The position numbers and the translations under genes were made by a program. From Oikopleura dioica (lineage: Eukaryota; Animalia; Chordata), in NCBI GenBank assembly GCA_907165135.1, contig OU015566.1, forward strand, positions 14,198,001-14,262,000: DNA of 64,000 bases, given 5' to 3'. The notes under the pieces were generated by a model. It saw only the letters and a program-made list of their open reading frames with translations, ran no database searches and had not been told where the DNA came from. Below, in pieces: positions 39,361 to 50,446 of this stretch (positions within the stretch are counted from its first letter, which is position 1; each line of letters begins with the position of its first letter).

Positions 39361-41745
39361 CTATTTCAAATTTGACGATTCTGCAGTTTTCATCTGAAAA
39401 AGGGAAGTTAATTTTCGTCAGTTATCGAGTAGGTACCTTAATAATCCTAGAATCAATGGCTTTGAAGAGTTCTTTTGAATCATGCAGCGCCGTTTGAACA
39501 AGAAAAATGCCGACTCCGCCTTCTGGATTCGTCGTATCTTGGGCGGATATCCTTATGCTCTGAAAACACTACTGCCTAACCGCGGTTGGATTAAAGATTT
39601 ACCTTTGGTCCAACTTGTTCAACGCTCATATTCGCCCAAATTTTACTATTCATGGCGACTTTTTGTGTTCCAGATGTTCGGAAAACCAGTCGCGATTTGA
39701 AATCTTAATTTTCTGGGTAAAAATTTATTAGAAAATCATAAACTGTTGGCATCAATAAACATGCTCAGGGTTCCAACTTTCCGAAGATTAAATAAATTAA
39801 GGGTGTCACAATCTTAATTATAGAAGGAGGCTTTCAAAACTTACCAGATCCTTCTCCACAATCATTGACCCTGAGCGTCCCTCTTCCTCTTTGAGAATAA
39901 GTCGATTCTTTCTTATCAAACTGAAAAATTAACCTCCAAATCAGCTGATAAAATTTCGCTAGTACCTGGAAAAGTTTGCACGGAACTTGTAAAACATTTT
40001 TCTCTTCCTCTTCGCCCGTCACAATTTTCTCGTTCGCCACTGGTTCCTTCTGATTCGCGACCTTTTCTGGCGAATTGGAAACAATGGAAGATTCATCTTT
40101 ATTTTCCTCTTTCTTGATTTCTGTCGTTTCTTCTTTAGGTTTAAAACTTTTGAATCCGAAACCGCCGCCGCCGCCTGATGCCGCCAGACGTTGAAAGGGA
40201 TTCAGCCCCTTTGATTCTTACAAATATCAATATTTAAAATATCTTCTTTACCGATCAGATTTGGTAGCTTAGGCGGCCAAAAATCTGGGTCTGAAGCCCT
40301 CTCAGACCGAGAGAGCGAGGGCTGGCTCTCATTGGTTAAATCGAAGGCCACGTCATCCTCACCGCCTAATTTTCCAGATCTGATCGGTATATTCCTGTAC
40401 CGGTGGAACTTTTAGTGATGCTCAGAGAACCAAAACCGCCGGATTTCGCTGTTTCACTGGCGACTTTTTGGAAAGGATTGAGTTTTCGCGCCGTTGGCTC
40501 TACTTTTTCTTTTGGCTCGTCAACAGTTTCCTATTGAAAAAAAGGTCATTCGGGGTCATTGGAGTTGAACCTGAGGTTATCTGGGGTCATTTTCGGCTTA
40601 CTGGGAACAGAGGAGCAGGATTATGGAATGATTAAGTTCATTTGGGGTCATTTGAGGTCATTTGAGTTCACCTTTTCTTTCAATAATGATTTCTCTGAAC
40701 TTTCAGAATTTCCATTTTCCTCTTTTTCGACTTCTTCCGTCTTTTCACTTTCCTCTTTCTTCGGAGCTTCTTCCTTTACTTCTTCTTTCTCCTCTTTTTC
40801 GAATTTACCGAAAGTAGCGGCAGTTTCCCCTGGCTTCGCACTTCCATTAGCAGCAGCAGTATTCGCATCGACAGTGAATTTTTCGGCGTCTTTTGGTTGA
40901 AACTGGCTTTTTGGATCGAGAAGGACTAGCGGCGTTTTTGCTTTTTCCTCTTCTTGCTGCGCTTTTAGCTTTTGCAGCGCCTCGCTCTTAGAAGAAATGA
41001 TTAAATGGAGAGCTTGAAGGAAGCTCCTACCTGTGACAAATCGACGCTGGGCAAAAAGGATCGTCTGAAAAGCCCAGACGACGGTCGAGACGGAGGAAGC
41101 GGCGCAGCTGGCCGAAGAAGCTGTGGCCCGTCGCCATCTAATTCGCTCTTTTTTGAAGGAAGCTCTGAACGAAAAAATCAAAAATTATATAAGCGAAAAT
41201 CGATATTCGATCTCCTTTGATTCTGACGTAAAAATTCTTACGGTACTAGAAAACAAAAACTACTAGACACAAAAATTTTCTTTTGAAAAATAGATGAAAC
41301 TAAAACGCCTTTAAGGTATAGTATTATATTAATAAGATAAGATAATAGTATTAATTAATAAGAACTAAAATTGTCGTAAAATTGTCGAAAAAATTGCCTA
41401 AGAGACAAACTGTCTAGCAGACATTCACTTATTTTCCGTACTAAACAGTGCGCTGTTCTTTCTCGATGAAAATAGGAAGTGTACTATGAAATTTTGTCTG
41501 CCAGACAATGTATGCTAGCCAACTTTATTACAATAAAATAGACAAAAGGTGAAAATTGAAGCCCGTAATCTTCAAAATAAAACTCTTGAACACGGCACTC
41601 TCGAAATGGATTTTAGAATCGTAATTTAATTTAACAATTAGTCAATAAAATTCACCAAATTCAAATTATCTATTTCGCAAATGAAATTACCTTGAGAATC
41701 TGGCTCAGAAGCTTCGGGTCTTTGTCTCTTCAAATTGCTGCTCAT
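39361..41745 (-). CDS. RANBP3: Ran-binding protein 3-like (RanBD)
   Basis: MSSNLKRQR NLS-like start, FG-type motifs, then RanBD GEEEEKNVLQVPCKLFQ|FDKKESTYSQRGRGTLRVND, SRLVFRTSGTQKVAMNSKIWANMSVE and SIRISAQD. NUP50-like identity is not excluded. Confidence 0.75.
40543..40670 (+). repeat. 10-bp-period array of RGKTCA hexamers (DR4-like) in a RANBP3 intron
   Basis: AGTTCA-tttg-GGGTCA-tttg-AGGTCA-tttg-AGTTCA (40635-40670), AGGTCA-ttcg-GGGTCA (40543-40558), and a single GGGTCA at 40584. Confidence 0.8.
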
Positions 41746-42511
41746 CTCACGATTTTCGCAGTTCGGAGTTCTCCAGAAGAAAGCTCTCTACAGCGCTAGA
41801 ATCTTTTCTTTTCTCGATTTTCCGTTCCGTTCTTTTTTTCTCGTGAAAGTTGAATTTTGTGAAGAGCGCGCTTCGAATTTGCCAGGCGCGCTCCATTGGC
41901 TCCTTTTTTAGATTTAGCGTAGGCCGAATTGAAAGAAGAAATTCCTTTACCAGCTCTATTTTTCCCTTTTCCTTCGATTTCTAGCATATTTTTGGCCCAA
42001 AAGAGTTGATGAAAAAATTTCATTATGAAGAAAGAAAGCCGAATTTTGAACTGAGAGAAATTTGAGGAAAAAGGTTGATTTCGAGTCAAAAAACGCGAAA
42101 TAGAACGTTTAGGTTGTGAACATGTTAATTTCTTGCTGTTAACATGATGACAGCATGTCGATTTTTCGCGTGAACTGTAAGTTTTCACTCATCAAGTGAA
42201 TTATATTTTGAGAATTCAAGAGAACATCGCGTTTGAGTCAAGATTTCCTGGTTAAAATTAAGGGTATCCGCTTGTTAAAATGTGCCTCGGCGAATCAGAT
42301 TTCAAAAATTACTCGTTTATAAAACTCATTTTTTTTGCATGAACTGAAAATTCTGCTTGACCGGTTTATTTTATTCAAACTAAAGTTACTGCAGTTACTC
42401 GCTGATAGAGCCCCGATAAAGTGTCTATCCGCCACGAAGCTTATCTGGAGCTCTTATCAGCTAATTTTTTCCAACAAATTTCCAAAGTTTCGAAAGAAAC
42501 TGTTCTTCAGA

Positions 42512-43642
42512 ATGCCGCCAAACTTTAGTGACGAAGACTTGTCCGACGTTTCGGAAGACTGGGACTCCTCCGGCGACGAGGCCGTCGAGAAGAAGGAGCA
42601 GGAAGCTGCCAAGGCCAAAGCACAAGAAGAGGCCAGTAAGTCTAAAAATAAGTTACCAGAATTACTTTTTCTCGCTTCGGCAACCTGGTGATAAAACCTG
42701 AGTCAGGTTCTGAAAGCGGCCTGACTCAGGTTAAATACACAGGTTCCCGGGCTAAGCCCAAGAACGCCTTAGAATATCCGTAAATGTCCATTTCAGAGAC
42801 GAAGAAAGGAGCAAAAAAGACGCTGCAGCAAAAAATCAAGGAGCGAGAAGAACGCGAAAAACGAGAAATGGAGATTCGCGAATTGACGCCCGAGCAACGC
42901 CGCGCGCAGCTCAAGAAAGAACAGGACGAATCGGAACTCCTCGGAGCCATGGAATTCGTCGACGTCAAGGACCCAGAAGAGTGAGAATCATCGAAAAATG
43001 ATTGTAATGAATTTAACTCCTTCAGTATCGACATTTCAAAGTTCGCGCCAAAGAGCAAGCACGATTTCTCGCTGTACTCTGAAAAGCTTGGAAAAACAAT
43101 CAGCCAGTATTCGTCGAGTCCGTTTTACGTCGATTCCGTGGTCGACCTGACGCGAGTGCTCATCCAGGGAATGAAACTCGACGATACGAGGAAAGTCGAA
43201 ACCATGCTCAAGGTGCAAATCAACAAACTCGTCAAAGAAAGCTCTGGCAAAAAGGGAAAGGTATTAATAAAATCGAGAAGAATTCAAAAATAATGTAAAA
43301 CATTTATTCGTCGAAGATGGTCATAACAACAGTCACAGTAGATAAATCACAAATTGCTTTTGAAACATTTTGGAAGGCTCGGAGAAGTAAATTCTAACAT
43401 CGATTCAAACTTTCCACTTTTATCCAAAAAGATAAGGATCAATCCTCGTCTTTTCGAGGCTATCTGATGAAGATTGAACCTTTTTCAAATCGAACTTTTA
43501 AAATTCAAATTTATAAACTTTTCATAACCCAGTTTTCATTCAGAAAAAGGCAGGTAAAGGGTCATTGAACGCTGGCGGTGGAAAAGGTGGCATGGACACG
43601 AGAGCATACGACGGATACGATGACATGGAAGATTTGATGTAA
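42512..43642 (+). CDS. EIF3J: Eukaryotic translation initiation factor 3 subunit J
   Basis: Acidic N-terminus DVSEDWD, KKTLQQKIKEREE, LTPEQRRAQLKKEQDESEL, SSSPFYVDSV, and end YDGYDDMEDLM*. Confidence 0.88.
42681..42750. repeat. Degenerate foldback element in an EIF3J intron, related to the 63824-64000 element
   Basis: Palindrome AACCTGAGTCAGGTT (42695-42709) plus an inverted copy CCTGACTCAGGTT (42720-42732). Flanks CAACCTG...AAAACC and TACACAGGTT match the element at the right end of the window. Confidence 0.6.
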
Positions 43643-43727
43643 CCTACACTTTTGCTTACTTCATTTTCTATCACAGAAATTCAATTCTAGCAAGCAAATA
43701 TAGTATTCTCTAATTTCCTAAAAGTTC

Positions 43728-43770
43728 TCTCTCGCCCGAGGCTGGTCGCCTCCTGCCCTCGGGCGAGAGA
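43728..43770. repeat. GC-rich hairpin with a 14-bp perfect stem
   Basis: TCTCTCGCCCGAGG (43728-43741) and CCTCGGGCGAGAGA (43757-43770), located between EIF3J and MRPS27. Confidence 0.8.
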
Positions 43771-43994
43771 CAAAAATCAACAAATCACCAAACAACAACA
43801 ACTGGACCTGCCTGTACCAAAATCCTAATCCGTGTTCAAAAGCAACTCTTAGGCGAAAATTTACTTTCACTTGTCAGTAATACTATTATCCCTTCAGTTA
43901 AATCCTGCGATTGAGCACTTCCGTCCAATAAAAAAAAAACTCAATAAAAATCAGAAAACCTAAAAAACTCTTTCTTGATTTCAGAAATCGGAAA

Positions 43995-45690
43995 ATGACA
44001 AATCTCATTCGCGCCTCAAGGCGATGCATGGCCCTTAAAATGCCTCGAGCAAGTGCCCTCGCAGCATTCGAAGATTTCTCCAAGTCCTTTCAGGTTTTAG
44101 CAGGGCAAGAAAAGGGGTTGAAAGAAATTAAAATTCAGCTTCGATTGGATTATCCAGTCCAGACGACGGGAGACTTCATTGATCAAAATCTGAATAAAGG
44201 CGAGCCCGTTCCCTCGATCCTCCTTGATCAGCTGATTCAAACAGTTGAAACTAAGAAGCAGTTCATCGATATTTCGTACCACTTGTGGCGCTTTAGGCAC
44301 TCGCCGTTTAGCTACAAAATGAGGCCCTGGACGAACTATTTTCTCATCACAAAAGGTTTCAAATTCATCCCTTCCAAATAGGGTGGGTCACTTTCAGGGT
44401 TGGTCTTTCGATTTCGCTTTTTGTTTGTAAGATGATTGTTCTAACCCCAATAAAGAACTTTCCACAGAAAACTGACCAAAAAAATTTTTTCATCCCTCAT
44501 TTTTGAAAAAAATTTTGTCGAAAAACCGGTTTTTCTAGAATAACACCGGAAGCCCCTTACTGTACACGTGATTTTACTGTATCATCATAAAGACCTCGTT
44601 AAGCCGGTCATTTTGGTACCCGAAACTTCCCCGGGAAATGACAGGAAAAAAAACTGCAGAGATTTTGAATGCCCGAATACAGCAAAATTGAGCCAAATTT
44701 GGCCCAAATTTCGCGATTTTCGCGATTTTCTAGAGTCTGTAAAAGTACTTTCCCGGGAGTGCACAGGGGTGTTCGGGTGCTCAAAATGATCAGCACGACG
44801 AGAGCTTTCAAATGAGCACAAAAAGAAAGTGCGGCTCGAAAAATGTTTAAAAAGTGACCCACCCTACTTCCAAACCTCAAATCTCTCCTAGGAGTCCGCC
44901 TGGGTGCATTTGAAGCATTGATTGAGCTCTTGTTGAAGTCGGAAACGTATGGTTGCTTCCCAGATGCTGCTAGTCTCTCTTATTTATTGTTAAATCTCGT
45001 TGAAAATGGAGAAAATCAACTGGCGGTCGAAGCGTGCGTGGATTTATTGATAAAAGATTTGTGCTCCAGTTCGACTTTGGCAAAACTCTGCTTGAATATT
45101 TTTATCCATAACATCGGTAAATCCTTCCTTCTTGACAAATCATTCATCTTTCATAAGAAAATCTTCAATCATGCGAAGCAAAGCAAGTTTACGCGTCTGT
45201 CAGAATCATTGGAAATATCCTCGAGAATGAAAAGCTCAAAGATCTTGGCGCTTGTGGAATCGCCAAGACAATTTCTGAAGAAGAAGTGACAAAAGATGAT
45301 CATTTTTATATCGACCCTTATGTTAATTATGAAGAGCTCTGTAGCAATCCGCAGATTGAGTTTGAAGAGTTTATCGAGCAATTGAAATCGCTGGATTTAG
45401 AATTTGGAAGCTTGGAGGGCGAGATTAATGGACTTTTTAACGATGCTAGTGAAACTTTTAAGGTAATGTTTTTTCAGGAGCTAGTGTCTCAATCCCTCTT
45501 TTAGCAATGGAATGCAGAAGCAACAGATCTCCACCAAGCTCTAGAAACCCTCGTTTCTGACAGAAAAGACTGGGCAGCGCGATACCAACAGTTGGAAAAA
45601 GAGTTCAAGGCTGGCGTCCAATATGCATTATCTCAGGTAATCTCGCTAACTTTATTACGCCTTTAATTAAACAAGAAGCAGCGAGGGTAA
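43995..45690 (+). CDS. MRPS27: Mitochondrial ribosomal protein S27 (PPR)
   Basis: Mitochondrial-presequence-like start, HLWRFRHSPFSYKMRPWT (cf. YLYKFRHSPNCWYLRNWT), and YGCFPDAASLSYLL (cf. YGIFPDNFTFNLL). Confidence 0.75.
44379..44866. mobile_element. Non-autonomous hAT element (MITE, 488 bp) in an MRPS27 intron
   Basis: Perfect 16-bp TIR TAGGGTGGGTCACTTT (44379-44394 / 44851-44866). 8-bp TSD CTTCCAAA (44371-44378, 44867-44874). The empty site is a 40-nt intron. Confidence 0.9.
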
Positions 45691-45758
45691 CTTATCACAC
45701 CGCCTAATGAGAGTTGCAATCTGGCGGCTTGCCAGTGCTTGCAAGGAATTGTTTATAA

Positions 45759-47092
45759 TTATTCAATAAGTTCAGATGCTAAAGCTTGTTTTGAGTCTTA
45801 AAATATTAATGATGCTTCCTTGATTTCGATAGATATAGGTTTATTTGGGATCAAGGCAATTTTCAATAATTTGCACCATTTGCGCTGATGTCGATTTTAA
45901 TCCTTTCATCGGCAATAATCACGGCGGTTTCTCGGTCTGCCGATTCTTTAAGGATATTTAATAATTAACAGAGAGATCTGTATGCAAACCTGTTGCGTCC
46001 GTTTTTCGCGGTTTTGGCGGTTGTGATTGTCAAAGTCTTTCATATGGCCCCTGCGTCTGTTTTATTAACCCCTTTGGCTTTGCCGGGTGTTCTTCCTAAA
46101 AGCAGGCGAATGTCAGTAAAGACCAATTACTGTCACTTTCTCGAGTGACACTTAGTGCCCATTCATTTGGAATTCAAGGCGACAGGAGCCTGCGAAAATC
46201 GCGAGTTGCGATTTTATTGCCCGTTCCAATTCAATTTGCGCGGCTTTTTGATTTGGGTTTAAATAACTCAGCGGGGGATGTACTGTTGCTTACACTACTG
46301 TTCTCTTCCGTGTCTTCAAGCTCCGACTGAAGAATGGAAAGTTCCCTTCGTAGGTTCCAATTCATTGTGTGGTCAGCTTGAAAGGGCTAGAATTATATTT
46401 TTATTTTAATTATTTCACGGTCGAGCAGGTTTTCAATTAAAATTCACCTCCGAATTGCCGAGCATTGTTGATATAGGATCGTGAATGCTCGCTGAAGTAG
46501 GCAGAAGTGTGGACTTTTCTGTGACACAGCTCTCATCGATCTCCGTGTTGTCGCTAGAATCACATTTGTCAGACGCGTCTGCTGCTTCTTTCTCCTTCAT
46601 CTTTTGCTTGAAAGCCTCTACTTCCTCGCTCGTGAGAAACTGATCGTAATAGCTCCGTGATTTCGGCGCGGTGAATCTTTAATAAAAACAATCTCAAATA
46701 AACTCAATATTAATCAAAACCGATAACGCCTTTTGGGACGGTTCAGAATACATTTTATTTTGCAATTCCATTATTTCTTACTTCATGCTTTGACTCTTGC
46801 TCATTTTCCCCAAAACCAAAGGGTCCTCATCGCTCCATTTTTCTCCAATTCTTGATTCTCCTACTTTTCTCTTTGTGATACAGTACGTTGCAATTATCAG
46901 CGCTACTGTGAGTAAACCAAGCGGTGCGGCGATGAAAATTATCTCTTTATCGCTCATCCTCAATCCAAACGATTTCTCCTAAACAGACAGTAAGAAGGTA
47001 GTCAGTAAAGAACTCTCCACGCCCCGACGACGTGTCCGGAGCTCGAGCGCCCCTCTACCAATTCATCTTTGATGGATTTTTTGAGCAATCAT
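45759..47092 (-). CDS. Hypothetical single-pass membrane protein
   Basis: TM segment IIFIAAPLGLLTVALIIATYCIT followed by KRK. Open exons with GT/AG borders at 46449-46676 and nearby. The 3' exon structure is uncertain. Confidence 0.4.
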
Positions 47093-47432
47093 ACTTCTCT
47101 GTTAATTTCGAAGAATATTGTTACGTTGTAGCCCATTTTCGATGAGACAGAATTCGTTATCTGCTTCAAAATATATAATGAAGATGATATGAAAATCGAT
47201 AACCTGTAGCTCCGGCAAATGGAAGAAAAAACTGAACGTCGTATTGATTTTTGTTGTTACTATAAGAGCTTGGTCTTCCTGATGTTGCAAGATTTTATTA
47301 ATTTGGGAATAATTAAAAGGTTAACCTTGCATAACTACTCTGATTTAAAAGGGCCTCTCAATTCAAGTGCGTCTCGTTTTACCAACAATAACGCTTGTCC
47401 TTCAGACTGGGCTTTTTAACCAAAGACAAGCC

Positions 47433-47779
47433 ATGGAGCAGCGCGGAAGTGAGCGAATGCCGAAACTCTACCCGCCTTACATGGAGGTAGATTGGATTAA
47501 TTCTAACGCATTTGATTAAAAATGCAACCGTAGAATGAATATTTCATCGTCGCCGTATCCGACCTTGAGTTAGAACAGGACATCTACGAGGCAAAGAATC
47601 CAAAAGAGTGGAGCAAAATCAAGACGTTCTTTGAAAACAGAAAACAAGAAAAAGAACTGGCCCTAGAAGAACGAAGAGCGCCGCTGAGAAGGAATTACAA
47701 AACGAATGAACGGTGGAATGGGAAAATGTTTTCTGAATTTGACAAGCCTAATTCTACACCTCGATTGCCCATCGAGTGA
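47433..47779 (+). CDS. Hypothetical protein (the 5' end may extend upstream)
   Basis: Two exons joined by a GT-AG intron (MPKLYPPYME|NEYFIVAV...LPIE*). The stop lies 51 nt before the UFL1 ATG. Confidence 0.45.
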
Positions 47780-47830
47780 ATTCTGAATTCACGAAAAAAG
47801 AAGAGAAGCTTCTGAACTTTTCCTTTTAGA

Positions 47831-50333
47831 ATGGATGCAATGTGGGCAGAAATTGAGGCGCTTCAGAAGCAGCTGGCGGCGGCTCAGGCTCGGTTCGTAC
47901 TGTTATTAATCGGCTTGGAATAGATAAAAAAGGTTTTTTGGACCGTATTTGAACCGCTGAAAGGAAGAAGATACTTCCCAGCGCCTTAGCGATCGAAACT
48001 GCATCGAAATCATCATGAAGCTGAAGGAAATGAATCTCGTTGAGCTGATCCACTCATCCAACGGAAAGTTTTATTTGACACATCAGAAACTGCGATCGGA
48101 AGTGTTCGATGCCCTGGTTAACGCGGGCGGGCGAAGTACGATCGGCGATCTGGCGGACGAAGTAGGTGTCAACTACGATCACGTGGAAGAGGCGCTCGCT
48201 GCAATCAAGGAAGAGAAAAAGCTCATTTTCTATCTTGGAAACTTCATCACTCAAGAATATCTCGACTTTATTGCTGGTGAGGTCTTCGCAATGACGAACG
48301 TTTCTGGCTTCGTTTCCATCGCGAAAGTGAGCCAGGAATTCGATCTTTCTGGCGAGTTCTTGATTGAGCATGTTCCCAGTCGATGCGCAGCCATGATCAA
48401 TAACCAGAAAACAGGATTCTACACGGAAGCTTATATTCGGCGAACATCAGTTACTGTTAGAGCGTACTTGTCTGCTGCAACGAAGCCGTTGCACATGAAG
48501 CATTTTTATGCGAAGTACAAGTTCATTGACGAAACTATTGTTGACAAAATCGTCGATGACTTGATCAAAACTAAGCGTATAAAAGGTAAACAAAAGCTTC
48601 CGAACATCCGAACAAATTTTTCAGGAAAATATCTGAACCGAGGCCACATCGCTTGCTTCTTCCCATCGATTTATCTCGAAGAACAAACCAAAGCCATCAA
48701 GATGAAGATAGAGTCCTACGGCTACATCAAACTCGATGAGCTAAAACACGGAATAGACACTACCAGTGACAAAGAAGCAAATCGTTGGATGAAGGAGAAC
48801 TTTCCAGACTTCATTAAAACAGACACTCATTTCATGTCTCTTGGTTTTATCGAAAGAACCAAGACCGAGCTTGAGCAGAATATTCAACAAACGCATTTGG
48901 TCGATCTTTTCAGCATCTTTCCAGAAGCTTTTAGCGAAAAAGATGTTGAGTACGTCCTTCGAAGTGCTTCCAGCTCCTCTTCTCTCATCAACGATGCGAA
49001 GATTTTCGGCTCAACGTGGATGATGGACGATCAGGCGCTAGAAGAATGCGCGGCGATGTTCTATCCGGCTGTAGACGAACGGGCGGAAAAAGCTGCTTCC
49101 AAAAAGATCGTCACGATCATCACTGAAGATGATTTTGTCAAAGTCGACAAGAAATCCCCATCGATAGCGAAGGCAGAAGTTTCTTCGGGAAAAGAAAAAG
49201 GCGGAGCTGCAGGCGGCCGAGGCGCAAGAGAAGTGAAGACCAAAGGGAAGAATAAGAAACAGAAGAAAAAGGAAGCCCAGGAAAGCATCGTCCAAAAGGT
49301 AAACTGATCGAGATCTTCTCAGTTTTCATTTTTTCCTAGAAAGAGGGTGATACGGGAGCACTGACGGAGGATGAGATCAAAGAGTTCCTTCAAAAGGAAG
49401 AAAAGTACGAAATCATGGAAGAAGAAGCGCTTCAAGATCTAATCGACATCATTTCCCCCAAACTCGCCGAGCGATACCAAACCCAGGCTGCAAACATCTT
49501 CACTTCCAAGCAGCAAGCGCAGAATGACGCGAAAGGCCAGCGAAAAAAGACTCGAAAAGAGCAAGAAGAATACATCAACAATTGCTTCTGCAAACTACAG
49601 CTCTTCGAAAAAGGCCTGGTTCATCTCTTCAAAGAAGTCGACGAAGGTGCAACTGATCAAACCGGGCCAACTCAGCTCTCGAAATATCTCTTCAAGACAG
49701 TCGGTATGGACCTGGTCAATGCCGTCTTTGCGTTATCTTCCGATAGCCAGGAGACCACCCTGACTCCTGCTATGCGACAAAAGATCCTGAAAAGCGTAGA
49801 AGATGCAGATAGAGTCGACCCAGCTGCGTTTGAATCGCTCAAGGCACTTAATGATGCTAAAACTGTCCAAGAAATTTTTGGTAATTTCCGATAAAATTAA
49901 ACTCATCTAAAACGTCTCTAGCTAAAGTCGCAGATGCATGTGACTACGGAGCGGGAATGATGATCAAGGCAGGCAATAAGCGACAGGAAACGGTGAAGAA
50001 GGCGCATGTCGAAGACATGAGAAAGGCTCTTGAGACAGCTCCAGGTTTGAAGTTACCAAAGTCAAGTTTCTTATTTATTTAGACCTACCGACTACTCTTC
50101 ATCTGGCCGTATCGTTGATGCACGCTCAATCGTCAGCTTTCCTCATTCATTTCTCCGGCAAGTTCGTTCCTCTCATCACTGAACAAATGGCTGCGTTACT
50201 CCAGAAAGAACAAGTCGAGGTGATAAACGAAGCACAAGAAATCGTTGTCAAGAATCTCCGTGGCGAAGAAATCGACACTACTCCGTTTATCGAGAAGCTG
50301 AAGAGTTTTGACTACACAACTGATGCTAATTGA
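47831..50333 (+). CDS. UFL1: E3 UFM1-protein ligase 1
   Basis: MDAMWAEIEALQKQL, QRLSDRNCIEIIMKL, GKFYLTHQKLRSEV, GGRSTIGDL and GGAAGGRGAREVKTKGKNKK, all matching UFL1. Confidence 0.92.
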
Positions 50334-50446
50334 GTCCGTCCCGGGAACAGTTTCCATTTCGTTTTCTGTTAAACTTATGTTTGCAAGTTCATTTCTTTCT
50401 CAATCACGCTCATTTTTCAGTAATAAACCGTGAAAAATCCTTGTAG

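Noticed and set aside
46020-46045. Stop-codon readthrough context TGA-CAA-TCA (CAR-YYA) followed by open spliced exons
   Set aside because: An alternative exon phase gives a normal ORF without readthrough, and the gene model is too uncertain.
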